Shown: one piece after another, positions 12,601 to 26,159 of the stretch | How the letters are laid out: each line of letters starts with the position of its first letter | Position numbering within the stretch: position 1 is the stretch's first letter | Program-made: the position numbers and the translations under genes | DNA from: Marsupella aquatica | Lineage: Eukaryota; Plantae; Marchantiophyta | Direction: 5' to 3' | NCBI GenBank assembly: GCA_973895155.1 | Contig: OZ316894.1 | Location: 10,278,379-10,342,378, forward strand | DNA length: 64,000 nucleotides | Notes under the pieces: model-generated | The model's input: the letters and a program-made list of their open reading frames with translations, nothing else | Told to the model about the DNA's origin: nothing | Database searches by the model: none

Positions 12601-14847
12601 TGAAAGACCTGCATATTCTCAGAACTGCTTGATTAGATCAGCAGTAATGAATTTCACCAGACAAATGTGGATCCCTGAAAAAATTGATGCCATTCGAGTA
12701 CTCACCATATACTTGTCAGCCTTTGTTTTCCATCGACAACTTCCAGATGACCCCTAGACACAAAAACCATCAACTCCGTTTAAAACCCAAGAGTTTTTTG
12801 AAATGAAAAGCAGAATCACTGCTGGACTGTGTTGACTTGCAGTTAAGGTAATCCCCAGCAAACAGATATACGTTCTTAGCGACTTACTGGCTCTTTTCAT
12901 GAAAGAACATTGTTGGAAGGGGAATATTCAGGAGCACTGATTCAATCAGCTTGCTTGCCGTTCGTTTGTCCCAGACATAATCACGCTGCAGAGCGAGACG
13001 AACCAGGAGGCCATTATATAAATTAACCCCAGATACACAATTTTCAACCTTTTCAGATTTTGGTCCCGACAACCAGAGAATAGATAAAGCCTAGATTGCT
13101 GCAATCAAGACGCAGTGAATGGACAAATAGTTAAACAGATCACTCCATCTCGACCAATCTTTACAGAAATACGTGTCAACTTTATCTGGAAAAACGACAG
13201 AAGCATTGGGCAATTAGGAAGACTCTTAAGATAAGAATACCTGATAAGATGGTCGTAAATCCAATCTGCCACGTCGAATCTTGTCTAGAAGGGAACTTAC
13301 TGTAAAATCTGCAGAAATGACAGTGCATGCGTTGAGACAATGAACTCATCAGGTTGCTGGGCGTATATTCTCCACTCAAACAAAACGATTCTCGGTCTAT
13401 ATGTCTGTCAGTGGAGGCTTGGGTCCTTCGTTGCTCTTACCTATTCTCGGATCTTGAATAGTTATAGCAGACAATTAGCATTTCGGTACCATTAATTAGG
13501 GATGAAATGGAACCCAAGTAGGACTTCAGAAAGGGGCCGGGAACATGGAGGGTATACGAATGCGATTTCCTACTACGGGGTATGGCAAAGGATAACAGGT
13601 CAAACACAGAGATTTCTTCTTGACTAAGGTAGTCGAGACAACAACAATCATGGCCTTACATTATAGTGACTTTATCAGGACAGAAAGTCATGTCTGGCTG
13701 TTTCATTTGTCATCAGGTTCTGAGAATTGGGGTAGTGCATATTATTTTAAGAAAAGAAACGGAAGGGAAATTCAATACTGCTGCTCGAACTAAATGATTT
13801 CGCATGTTGAAAGGTAAACTCAAATGGGTGCGAGCGTGTTCGAGGAATCCGGGTTCCGAGTAAGATATTTATAAACGTGAAGCTGCAAATAGAGCGGGTG
13901 CTCCGTACTGAGTCAATTCTCTGAATGCACAACAGGCAAGGGGTCTGTTCCTACTCCAAAGCAAAGTTGGTTTCTTAGAGAATTCTTAGAGGATTACACG
14001 GCCATAACAGCCAATGCTCCTTTTGGCATTCTGTCACCCACATAAATTTAAGTAGAACAGTCGTCACTTGCGAATTCCCATCCTCATTTTGTCACGGTAA
14101 ATGTGGTCAACGATAAATGCTAAAGGTCGATGAAGCTTTGGTAAATGAATCCTCCTGATAGCCAGTATTGCAGGGAGTAGCCTTCAATTCCAAGGACTGC
14201 TAAATTAATCCCGACAATTATTTTCTGCTCCATTGTATTCTCTACGATCAATTCGCAGGGCCTTTCTTCCCAATTCTATTGGACAACATCCACCTCGAAT
14301 GGGTGCATTCATGCAGGGTCTTCATAGACTGCCTTTGGGATTTCAGTTTGAGCTCACAAGTACGGTAAAATTCAGTAACAACACTCTCCATGCCCAGCAC
14401 CCGCGTTGCTCATTTGCATTCTCATTTATGGCAGCTAACAAACACAGTGAAAATGTTACCAGCTTTGCTAATTTGGAGGACGCGCTCCCCAGAAACCACA
14501 CGCCTCTCAATTTCCTCGGCATATTCGTCTACTTCCGCTCCTTCTTCTCCATATCTTTCTGGTCCGCTATTGTCCTCAGCTTCCAATGGTACAGCAGCTG
14601 CCGCTGCGGCAGCGGCAGCGTCATCTGTCAGCCTAGCTCGGGCAAAAGTACTCCACTCATTTCTAGGACCACTTCTGTGGTCGCAATTGGGTCTAAAAAT
14701 TGTAACTCTGCACGCATCGGCATTCCTTCTGCAAAATCCAGAACGTACAAACCCCTTGGGCGTTTCCGAGAAGCCATTCTTTTCCCCACCAATGGCCCTC
14801 GGACAGCATGCTGCGGACTCGAGAAGAGAAGATCCAAATTTTTTCAT
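9689..14847 (-). CDS. Multi-exon DUF262 (GmrSD N-terminal, ParB/Srx-fold) domain protein with putative organellar transit peptide
   Basis: Spliced exons give SLLDKIRRGRLDLRPSYQ|RDYVWDKRTASKLIESVLLNIPLPTMFFHEKS|GHLEVVDGKQRLTSIW, the DUF262 P.YQR.YVW / LIeS / DGxQRLT signature. Further GT-AG exons run to a probable last exon DAEFKNNML...EVLGPS* (stop 9689-9691). Internal exon boundaries and the 3' end are approximate. Confidence 0.75.
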
Positions 14848-15194
14848 CAATCTGTTTCCTCTAATTCCTTCACCCAACTCAGGTGCAGATCAATCAACTC
14901 GCACTCATTAAGTGGAAGCGAGGACTCAAAAGTTCAGTCACTCCGAACCCACAATGTAGCACATTCCTCCAATGAATTCCCTCTGCTCTAATGGTCAAAA
15001 TGAATCACCCACGAGACAGCTTAGCACCAATTTGGTTCCATCATCTAATGGGCAGAATTACAACACTCAAACAAATCCACAGTCGACGGCAATAAGAACG
15101 GAGTTACAGAGCACCAGGAGACAAAACGAACAAGACAGCAATGGAAGCAAGATGCAATAGCAGAGGCAGTAAGGGGCAGGGGGGCCAGGAGAGG

Positions 15195-15352
15195 TGGGTA
15201 GCTATGACTTGCTCCTACTTCCACAGAATGACTGGGGACATTCCTGTACGAGTGATTTGTGTGGATTTGTGGCGGGTAGCTATGACTTGCTCCTACTTCT
15301 ACAGGATGGCTGGGGACACTCCTGTATGAGTGATTTGTGAGGATTTGTGGCA
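15195..15352. repeat. ~79-bp tandem duplication
   Basis: gggtagctatgacttgctcctacttc...gtgatttgtg.ggatttgtggc occurs twice. Confidence 0.8.
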
Positions 15353-16067
15353 GCCATGGTTGCTGACATTCAGTCCAATGGGGAAATGTTACTGATCGGA
15401 GACATGAAATCGCCTTGGCCAGTACCAGTATAGTGATAAAATGGATTTGGATGTAAACAGGACGAACTTCTATCGAACCCTAAACCCTCGTTTCCAAAGC
15501 TTGCAGCAGCAGGGTGTAACCTCCTTTAGAGTGGTAGCATCTACCTTGGAGGTCTTTTGAGAGGTCTTCTGAGAGATCTTTTGTGTAACGTAAAGTTCTA
15601 CCCAAGATGGAGTTGTCCACAACAAATGGTCAAGGGGTGTAAGCCCATGCTGAGGCTGCTAGCATGTGCCTGAGGGCCTTTCATCTAAACAAGTTAACAT
15701 GCAATAGATCCCTTTCATGGTCTCTTCACAAAATGTCATTCTGGCCGAAAGCTTCCTGTGGCTGTTGGATTATGGTGATATTTTTCCTAACCATGTCTGA
15801 GATGGACCTAAATGGTGTGGACCTAAATGGTGTCAGTATGCTCCTATCTCACACCCAACCTATCAAACACTCTCCTTGCAACCTTGCACACTCTTTGCAA
15901 TTCAGTTGCCAGGTGGACTTGCATATTCCATGGGGCGTCCGATGTGATAACACTTAGATTCAATATCACTTACTATTGGAGTAAAGCTACATCATCAGTT
16001 ATCAGTGTTTTCTATCAGTCGCCACATCATCTCAGTGTTTTCCATCAGTCGCCACATCATCTCAGAG

Positions 16068-19000
16068 TGGCGAAGTTGGTGGCCAAGGTAGCATAGGTTA
16101 ACTGTGAGAAGACGGCCATCACCAGGGATTCCAGTTACAACGAGCTGCGGGATTACATCACCGACCTATATATCAGCGAGGAGGGGTTTAGATCGGTAGC
16201 AGAGGCGATTCTTGAAGTTCCCGCGAAGTCCTTTAGGCTGAGGGGCAGCCAGAGACTGACTCCAACGGATTTCGACAAGATCCCGGGATACATCGACCAG
16301 CAGATTGCAGCCGAGAAGCATGAAGAAGACATCAGCAGACAACGGGAAGTGGCGCGTAATCTTACGTTCCTCGGGGAAAGCTCCAACGCCTTCAACTGGG
16401 GTAATTATGGCTACCCTAACACCACCCCCAGCCTCTCATCCGATGACCACCGGCGTACCACCGAACCGGTCCCAAGTCCGACCCGTGAACAACACCGAGT
16501 GTTCCTCGGGTTCCGAGTAGGTTAGTCCGCAACTTGAGCAGCGCTCTTGGAAGCGGGCAAGGATGACGCCAGCCCCCGAACCGACAATGCAAACCAACGT
16601 CGCCCCTACACCTGCCCCGGCCAACCAGCCGACCAATCAGACCCGACGGCCCTCGGATAATCCAAAGTCTAACTTATTACATGTAATCCGCATCCCTGAG
16701 GTAGTCTAGATCGCAATCAAGAAACTCGACCACGCGGACTATCTCAAGGAGCATCAGTTGGAGCAGTTCGCTCACTTGTATGGAGACCTAACGCAACCGG
16801 ACCAAGGGAGGTTTGTGAGTTCATATCCAACTTCGACATTGATGCATCGACCACCAAGGTTTCAGGACAGACCTTATCACTCACAGAGCATCGGTTGGCA
16901 CAGATCTTTTGTCTACCAACCGGGCCAATTTTGGTTGAACTCCAAATTCGGGATAAGGAGTATACACTCGGCACTTCAAACCCGAGGGTAAGACAGACAA
17001 CGGGTACAAGCAAGGGTCCTGCACCAACTTGGTTTGTATGGAGCGGCTTAACTTCATACGGACTACCCTACACATGATTGAGCCATGATCCGAGATCTCT
17101 ATGTACGATCGTACAGATGGAACAGTACAAGCGGCGGAATTGGGCCAATTTCTTTACCTTAGGTTCTTGAGGGAGCTTAAGCGGGCTCAAGGAGGTATGG
17201 CTATCGGGGGAAGGACCTACCTGGGAAGTCATATTGTCATCATCCTTGTCGGGTACAAAGCGCGGCGGGAGGCCAGGGGAAAGAATATGGCCACCTCAGC
17301 CCTGACTAATGTCACCCCCGCTCTGGAGGAGGCTACCCCGAGCGACCGGACTACCACGCCTCGGGCAAACCCCAAGCCCGCGGCCCTAACTAATACTCCG
17401 TCATCTCCTCCTGTTGATATTCCGCCACCCCCTTTCGTCGAGCCTCCGTTACCCTCGGTACAACCACCCCCAATCCCTCCACCACCTGAAGAAACCTTCC
17501 CCTCCCTATTGTAGACTATGGAGGAGCTTGCCGCCCCGCCCGAGGAACCACCGGTGCCCGAGATGATGGAGGACTACCAAGTAGCCCCAGGGACCATGGC
17601 CTACAACCTAGTCCAGAAGTTTAGCCAGACTATGTCAGGGGAGCTGGCGACGTACATCGGACAACAAGTCTCGATATACTTCCAACCAGCCTTCTTCATG
17701 TTAGAGCACCAACCGCGGATCGTAAGCCGCTTGGAGGAAGAACTCATGGCAAAGAGGAACGAGATCGGGCGCCTCCAAATGCTAGTGGAACACCTTGAAG
17801 AGGAGGCCACTACCTGCCGTGAGGAGTTAGTCTGCACCGTTGAACAACGGGACGGACTAAGCCAAGAGTTGAGCATGGCGCAAGCAGATCTCAAGAAGCG
17901 GGATGACACCGTGCTTCAGTTGCGCTCAGAATCCTTGGCTCGGGTTACCAGCCTAATCGACCTCAACAACCAACTCATGCAGTCAGCTCAGTAGGTGACT
18001 AGTCTCTCCGTCGAGCGAGATAAATTGCTGGCGCAGGACCAGACCCATCATGACTCCATCGGCCAGCTCAACCTAGAGGTAGCACGGCTCCAAACCAAGG
18101 CCGATGAAGCTACAAACAAGGCAGAAGAGGCGGTACGGGACAACAAGGCCTGCAAGACCGCATTACCCTGCTCGTCCTCCAGCGGGCAAGACCTGGGCCC
18201 GCCTCTAATCAAGGCGGCTTGAGGTCTCGCCTGACAAGGGAACAAACCCTGGCCCTACCACAGCACGCACGTAAGGGGTGGTTAGCAAAGGGTGTGAGTA
18301 AGCGCCGCGCGAGGCAATTAAGTCAGTAGCATCTTTTTGATTAGGCTTAACGATAGAATGGTTGTCATTAGGCGTTGATGAGCGGCGCAGTAGGAAGCAT
18401 TAGGACAGAATCAGTTAGGATCGGCCGACGTAGGATAGAGTCCGTCAACGGACTAGGATTTTGGTCAGTAGACTAGGCTACTGCCACCCCGGTCAGCGCC
18501 CCCGCCACTGACGGTCAATCGGTCAGAGAAAGTGCAACCAGTTAGTCAGAAGGTAGTTAGTCAGTATAGTAGGCATTACCCCAGGAGCCCGCCCAGAAGG
18601 TAGTATCTTATGGTTCCTTTCCGCAACCGTAGTATTTAGGCTTCCCCTTCCGCTGGCGAAGGGGAGAAGGCTTAGTTATCTCAGCGCAAGAAGAGGCGAG
18701 GCACGAGGAGTCCCGGCCTGAGCAGGGTCAGAGTGCACTAAGGAGTGAGAGCCAGAGTCAAGCTTGTTGGGCAAGTGCGGGGCGGGGCCTCGTAGAGACT
18801 GGGCATTGACTGCCTTAGGCCTGCTGACCTCCTTAGAAGTCGAGTCAACTATGTAAACTGATTTTTTGCTGAGTAAATATAGTCTTTTCCCTCTGATTTT
18901 TCCGCGAGTAACTGGTGTTGTGTGTATGCTTTGTTCGGGCAAAGGCGCCATTTCAAGGGACGTACTGGGTGCGGACTAATGGTAGGGATTGCCACCCATT

Positions 19001-19278
19001 GCATGTCACAAAGTTCTATCGCATCGATGGCTTGAAAGCCCCAAGTCGGGAGTTAGTCCGAGTCACTAATTGTGGGAATATTCCAGCGGTGAAAAACAAA
19101 TATATATATGACTAGTACGAGTTGCGTAAGTATTATACCGGTAAGTATATTGACTTAGCCCGACTTAGGACTAATCAGGCCCGCTACACACCTCCTTGCC
19201 CGAACCCTCACCCCTATTGGTGGTCGAGGTTGCCCTAGGGAACTAACTCAGTTTAAGGCCCGGGATATGGGCGCGACA
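16068..19278 (+). mobile_element. 5'-truncated 5' LTR of Ty3/gypsy (Tat-like) retrotransposon
   Basis: Colinear with 35372-38780 of the solo LTR. Ends ...gggcgcgaCA at 19278 and is followed by a PBS and gag. Confidence 0.8.
16700..18230 (+). pseudogene. LTR-embedded ORF remnant (plant-transposon-protein-like domain, Pro-rich linker, coiled coil)
   Basis: Frameshifted ORFs 16758-16991, 16895-17077, 17101-17514, 17518-17994 and 17995-18222. The same protein is seen at 36215-37664. Confidence 0.6.
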
Positions 19279-19295
19279 TATGGCGACTGGTTTTT

Positions 19296-19312
19296 TGGCG
19301 CTAGATGGAGGG
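19296..19312 (+). other. Primer-binding site, tRNA-Asn-like
   Basis: TGGCGCTAGATGGAGGG versus TGGCGCTAGAAGGAGGG, the recalled complement of the plant tRNA-Asn(GUU) 3' end. It lies 17 nt after the LTR end, an offset typical of Tat elements. Confidence 0.7.
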
Positions 19313-19579
19313 GGCACTCATTTTCCCTTACGAGTGGAGTTGTGTAGTAAGCTATTAACCTTTAATTTTGTCCTTGATGCGTAGGAAGGGGCATCCCCCT
19401 TACCCGCTCACGTTCTGCGTATTTACAGCACCCGGACAAAGCATCAAGTTTGGAAGGAAATACCGCATCTGGTGGAGCGGGGGGCTCGGCTTCCCAAGCG
19501 GGATCGCTTATTGTGATGGGAACCCAAGCACCAGCTACGGGAGGACCTCCACTGGTTCTACCGGCCCTGTAGGTACCCG

Positions 19580-20857
19580 ATGCATTGCGACCTCCTGCAG
19601 CTCAGAATGTGTTGCAGCGATCTCAGTTCCACTATCGACCCTTCAAGGGATGGCCCACGGACGATCCCGATGAATGGCTAGCTGAGTTTGAGGCCACAGT
19701 CAAGGCAAATGGCGAGGAAGCCATTAAGCTAACCATTCTTCCGAGCGTGCTACGAGGAGAAGCATGCCTGTGGTTTAACTTGCGACCCCCCGGTTCACAT
19801 GGGGCCAGTTCCATACAGCATTTTTGCAAGAGTTTAGGCCCGTGGGGATCGAATCGTGGGCCCTGTCAAAAATTGGACGGATACAGATGGGTAAGCATGA
19901 CTCACTTTGCAAATTCCTGCAGCGATTCCAAAAGGTTGCCGCCAAGATTTGGCCTAAGCCCGATGACTCCCTGTTGAGGAAATGGTTCGTCAACGCGCTA
20001 CCCCAGAAGATGGCGTTCTTGGTGCTAGAAAAGAATACCACCACCCTACAACAGGCAATCGATAGTGCAGAATCCTTCAGGGAATCACACTAGTACGCCT
20101 CTCAGCTTAACCGGAGGACCAAGCATAAGAAGAGCAGGAGGTATCATACCTTCAACAATTCCAACTCTGAGTATGACGAGAAGAAAAAGAAGAAAAGACG
20201 GCAGCATAAGAAGAAGGGGTGAACAAGCTTTTCGTCAGAGTCTGATTCAGAGTCTAGCAATTCCCTTTCTAGTAGCCCGACGTTGACTGGCTCATCCTCC
20301 AACGACACTGAGTCAGATTCTTGTAACCGCCAAAGGAAGAAGGGATCACGGTCAGATACGGGTAAACATAAACCGCGATCGAAGGTCATCACCACGGACC
20401 CAAGGTAGAGAAGCTGAAAAAAATCATAGACCGGCTAAAAGCACTATCGGTGCATTTGGCAGAGAAACCACCTGACAAGAAGAAACCACCGGAAACCCGA
20501 GTGCATGCTTGGTGCTCCAAGTGTTATTAGTCTGGACACATGGTGCAAGAGTGCCCAAGGTGGAACACTCGTGTACACCAGATGGAGTTGGAGCCCGGAC
20601 GTCCAAGCCAGAGGGAAGCACAATGGAGTACTTCTTCGAGGATCCGGCTGAGGCGGTGTTCCAGATGAGTATGACGGGACCTCGCACCCTAAGCGGCCAC
20701 AACCCAGGGTTCCATACCCCGTATCCGTATCCTATGAATGGGCATGGCCCCCAGGTGGTCAGCAATCCAAGTATTCCGCCTAAACCCGGAGTTTGGCAAA
20801 CCCCGGTTTGCTATAATTGCAAGAAACCCGGGGAGAAACCTGGTCACTTTGCCCGAG
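19580..20857 (+). pseudogene. gag: Retrotransposon gag remnant with two CCHC zinc knuckles; pol absent
   Basis: FKGWPTDDPDEWLAEFEATVKAN...LRGEACLWF; ...FLQRFQKVAAKI...LRKWFVNALP; WCSKCY*SGHMVQEC (~20510); VCYNCKKPG(EKPG)HFAR (~20808). Confidence 0.85.
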
Positions 20858-21655
20858 GATCACAAAACGCATCACTTTGCCTACGCATTTTATCGATTAC
20901 TGGCCACAGGATGTAGCAAGGACGGGAGGAGGTTCAAATCTAGCTTCTTGCTGGAGGGTTTCTTGCTGGGAGGCTGTCTGGAATCATTCTCATAGCAGCA
21001 CGTTCCTATCGAGTTGGGGCTGATCGTCTGCCTGGCAATTCATGTTGAAGGGTTTCTTGCTGGGAGGCGGCCTGGAATCATCTGTCGTAGCAGCAGTTCA
21101 TGATCCTATTGATTAGGGGCTGATCGGGGCTGGAAGTTCATGATCTTCTTGAGTTAGGCCTAGTGATACAACAAGGTGGTTTGGGGCTCGCTTTGGGAGC
21201 AAATACAAGGCAAACAAATGCAACTTGGAGGCGCCATGGCACGCGCTGGAAAGTTTGACGTGGTTTGGGGGTTTTGTAGGCAACTAATTGCCGGATTTGC
21301 GTGCTCTTCAGTGGGATTGTGTACTGAAAGTATGTTCTGGGCATTGCTGGATTTCTTGAGCAGGCTACTTCTGTTTCTGCATGAGTTTTTGGAGCGATGC
21401 ATTGCTCTTGCCCGTCAGCCATCAGAAGCGGCTCTTGCTATGGCAGCTCAACCTGACATGGTTCAACCCCACGGTATGCCTTTGCAACATATTGATGGCC
21501 GACAGTTTAATCTCAGCGTAAGCAGACATAGAAACCATCATTTCTACGCAATGGTTAGAGGTCATAGACCAGGTATATATGACTGTTGGGAAACTGCTCA
21601 ACAACAAGTTTTCCATTTTAGTGGTAATAGTCACAGGTCCTTTAAGACTCGAGAA

Positions 21656-24600
21656 GGGCCTGACCTCCGTGACAGGAAACAGTAAACAGGAAAAATCATA
21701 ACAGGAAAGATCAAGGAAGATAACAGGAGTTTTTACGCTCACAACAAAAAAAATATTTCCTTTTCAAGAGCCAAAAATATATTTTCTATGATATTCATGC
21801 TTCAGGCTATCGCTTTTTGTTTTAAAAAAACCCTACTTTGTCATAATGGGATAAATTTACTAGCGTCGCGCGCTAGCCAAAATACAATGATACGTTTTCA
21901 TATTAGTTGCAAGGGTTATAATTAGCAAATTACATCACATGTTAGGCAAACAAAATGTGCATGGTCTATTGGAAAATATGTAATTTGTATTTTTTCAGTG
22001 GATACTTAGCATTTTGGCAAGGGTTATCATTAACACCCCCTCCCGACGCTAGCCAAAATACCATCATAGTCTTTACATAGTGACAAGATTTACAATTAAC
22101 ATACAACAAATTATTATGTTTGTTGAACGCTTACAAAAATGCAATATACTTCTCCTATAAACCAAGTGCGTATTTCTTGCATTGGGCCAAATCTGATCCT
22201 CTATAAATTCTAAGGAGGAGACTTAAAGTGTACATCATCATCAAAATTATTGAAAGAGTGCTTACGTGAGGGGCACAGTCTTGGCCAAAACAATCCTCAT
22301 TTGGAAGATTTTTTTAATCTAATTCCTAATTAAATCAAACCTTCAATATAGGAAATCTCATGGATTTTTTTGTAATTTCTTGAACATAAATATCAATGTA
22401 TGGATATAATTTCACATGGGTAACAATAATTCATGAACCCATGTGACGAATATACACACAAATGAGATCAATTTATAAAACCAAGTGTGATTTGAATCTT
22501 TGTTTCGCAAAAAAATCTGGGACAACATTAATTTGACTAGTGTTTAAATTGTCTTTTTCAAACCACAAACATCATTACGTTTTTTAAGTTGTTGATTCTA
22601 TATATGTGGGTTGTTATTTTCATAAAATTTCTTAGAATTACTTCTAAATTATTCTCATAAGAAGGTGAGGTGCTTAAGAAAATGAGAAAAGTTTTGGGCT
22701 ACAATAGGATTAGAGTTTGACGCTCTCTAGTGACCCCAAAATATCTAGTATAGAACAAGGAAAATATGATAGTAATGCCATACTCTACTATACAAATTGG
22801 CATAATTTGATGTGTTTAAGGGTCATGAAGATTAAACTCTTGGATTAAATCTAGGAATAAATCCCATAATATCTCCAGATGAAAAATAAATTGAGACAAA
22901 TTGAATAAATTTTATATTATATAATCCCTAGTTTAGTACCTAATTGATATCTCAATAGTCCTAAAATCTTGTGCAGAATGTATAATAGCGCTAGGCGCTA
23001 TCATAAATCATATTTATTTGACGTATTGATTGATAAAAATATTAGTTACTATCATCAAATGACACATTTATGTGTATAAATATCCATAATTTTTTAAAGA
23101 AAATTTGGCAGAAGAGTTAATTACAAGAAATAATAAACATAAACCCATAAAACAAATTTAATAAAAATGATAAAAAAGATACAAATGTTACTAGCGTCGG
23201 GCACTGGTAATATCCTACTTGGATTGATCCCCTCAAAGATTGATATTATTTTTAAGAATTTTTATACAAAAATTGAACTAAAATTAGTATAAAACATTTT
23301 AAAATGTTACTAGCGCCGAGAGCTAGTAGTATTCAAGTCACCAAGACACTCCAAAATGACACTATATGAGTGCATGCTTACAAAAATAAGTAAGCAAAGA
23401 GTAACAAAAATGATAAAATATTACTATGGCCAAGCGCTAGTAATGTCACACCCACCTAGACCCTCCAAAATGAGAGTATTTTGAGGATGTTATATAAAAC
23501 AATAGGCAAAAAGGTAATAAAAATGAAGGAATATTGCTAACGCCGGGAGCTAGTAATATCACACCAGTTTGGATCCTCCAAAATGACACTATTTTGAGTG
23601 TCTTTATGAGAAAAAATTAAGCAAAAAAAGCTATAAAAATAAATTAACATTACTAGCGCCGGGAGCTAGTAATGTCACACTCGCTTGGACCCTTTAAAAT
23701 AACATCATATTGAGTGTATTTATGAGAAAAAATATAGAAAATTGAGATATAAAAATAAATTAACATTACTAGCGCCGGGAGCTAGTAATGTCACACTTGC
23801 TTGGACCCTCCATAATAGCACCATTTTGAGAAATTTACAAGATAAATTTTACGCAAAAAATGTAGAAAAACAAAGGAACATTACTAGCGCCAAAAGCTAG
23901 TAATGTGATTTTGGCCCAACCCCTCTAGACAAACATTTTTTTGAGTCTATGAGCTTTAATTATTTACGAATATACCACCTATTTCACTAGTAGTATTACC
24001 GTTTTATCTCTTGTGTTTGCTATTGTTGTTAAATACACCAACTTTAGGATATTTTAGAAGGTCATGCAATTTTGCAATTAATAAAGAAATATCTATGTAA
24101 ATGAGACCTCACCAAAGAGGACTCTTTGTTGGCGTTGAGTGCTACTATGGTAATATGAACAAAAATGACTATAGCCTAAAGGATATATTTTGATAAGCGC
24201 CAGGCGCTGCTATAAATTTTGGTCAAAAGCAATGGCTCTAATTATCAAATTTATTATATTAGTTTGTGGTGCTACTATATTATATCATCATTTATAACGT
24301 TTTAATGGTTATATTATCACTAATATTATTCAATGTCACGGATGCTGACCTTGTTACTAGCAAAAAAGAACATAGCATCCTCTAATGGTCTAAGGCGGTT
24401 CAATCAAAATTTACAATATGTCAAACTCCTCATCATTGGTTAGAGCATTCAAATGACCAGAGTGTATTGCATTTGATTAGCAAGAGTATATCTTTTTGCT
24501 CACATCACTCTACGTGATGGAGGATGTTAACCTTTGGTCAATCCACACATTTACAATCTTCTAGGTAGTACTTTGGAAGATGCATGGAACCCTTGATATG

Positions 24601-25377
24601 ATGTGCTTCTTTATCGATAATTTGTCACTACTAGACGTCCAAATCAAAGTACAATTCAATATAATTCAAGTTAGTTTGAGCATGACAATTAGGGTGTCTA
24701 AAGGGGAATAAACTTTTGTGTTATAATCTTTATATAGTTTTGACGTCGTGCACGATAGTTTTGAGCGTGAATATTGGTATATACATAGATGAACTAACAG
24801 TTTCTTTGGTCATAATGTTCTATACAACAATCCGTTGCCTCTTGGCGGACCACCATATATGGAGTGTCTACGCTTAGTAAAGGGATGAAGACTCAATCAG
24901 CAAGACAATCCGGAGACAATCTCATCTCCCGTCTCATCTATAGGGGAAGAGCGAGTTCATTGATTATCCTTAGATGTCAATGGAGATGCACTAGATTTGG
25001 CTTGCGCTAAATGAGGGATTAGCTTGAGAGTGCATAAAATTCCAGATCCAAACACTCAAGAATTGCAAATACTTACTTGGTTAGGATTTATATGTACTTC
25101 TATTGCTCTTGTGATGATTTTTGTTGCAAGCATTCTTGAGCTATTATCAAATGATGCCTTCATGTGTAGAAAATCTTTGGCGCTAGTAAAGAATTATGTC
25201 TATAATAACTGTATCTGTTACATATATTACAGTTGCTCAGTTCAAATTGTAGTGTAATTTTGGTCCCTAAAGTGGGAATTTTCTTTCGGCATTGCGCACA
25301 AAACTCCTGTTATCTTTGACCATTTTTGCTGTTATGATAATTCATGTTTACTGTTTCCTGTCACGGGGAAAAACCTC
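21656..25377. mobile_element. Non-autonomous AT-rich TIR DNA transposon (Mutator-like), 8-bp TSD CTCGAGAA
   Basis: TSD at 21648-21655 and 25378-25385. G...C ends. ~80-bp imperfect TIRs (ccgtgacaggaaacagtaaaca...gataacaggagtttt / aaaactcctgttatc...tgtttactgtttcctgtcacgg). Confidence 0.85.
23188..23905. repeat. Seven ~115-bp tandem units each with hairpin TTACTAGC-N7-GCTAGTAA
   Basis: Hairpin cores at about 23188, 23307, 23421, 23534, 23650, 23766 and 23881. Confidence 0.85.
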
Positions 25378-25613
25378 CTCGAGAATAGGCTAAGGAGTGG
25401 CTACAAATGCAGATAGGGTTTGGGTTGGCATAGTTTTGAAAGGCATTTTGAATAACAGACAGTCAAATGATATTGTGCTTTTCATATAACTATCATTGTT
25501 CGTTCACCTTGTAATATGACATTGGCTTAAAATGGTTTTGATTACAATCAATATGTATGTATATTTGTTGGTAGTGGGTTGCATTTGACCACTGTAAAAT
25601 TACCAAAAGTTTC

Positions 25614-25882
25614 ATGGGGTATTTGCGTCTCATGGGGTATTGGTTCCAAAGGGTAATTGTGTTTTGTGGGGTATTGGTTCCAGGGAGTATTGTTTTGTGG
25701 GGTATTGGTTTCAGGGGGTATTTGTTTTGTGGGGTATTTGTCCCGGTATTTGTTACAAGGTACTTGTTGTTAGGGGTTGTTTGCTTTGGTTGCTTGTTGG
25801 TTTGACCACCACAAATTTGCAGACAATTTCAGGAGATATTTGTTTTCTTGGGCTGTTTCTTTTTGGGGGGTATTTGTTTCAG
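25614..25882. repeat. Degenerate ~20-33-bp GT-rich tandem repeat (tgttttgtggggtattggtt)
   Basis: Recurrent ggggtatt(g/t)gt motif, 6-8 copies. Confidence 0.7.
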
Positions 25883-26159
25883 GAGATAGGACTCATCCAA
25901 CAAAACTCAGCCACTTATCCAGCAGAACTCAGCCACTAGTAGCGCTTTAGCGGATCATAGCGACATTCATGTAGTGGTCATCATAGTTCCAGGAGCATTG
26001 GGTAGGACCCCTTCCCAATCTCCCGTAATCAACAATCCAAACAAAAAGTGGCACACAAGGCCAACATAGAGATACATAGAACCAAATAGCAAGCAGCTTC
26101 AGAGACACAACGAGGACACAACATCATTTCCATCGAAGGTTTTTTCTTCCATTGTTACT

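Larger units (their letters stand above)
21176..25410 (+). pseudogene. ORF ending in RNase H1 N-terminal hybrid-binding (Cauli_VI) domain, split by a TIR element
   Basis: FYAMVRGHRPGIYDCWETAQQQVFHFSGNSHRSFKTRE, then the insertion, then *AKEWLQ resuming after the TSD at 25386. Confidence 0.7.

Noticed and set aside
14233-14991. 252-aa and 173-aa + strand ORFs
   Set aside because: Antisense to the first exon of the DUF262 gene; no recognisable motifs.
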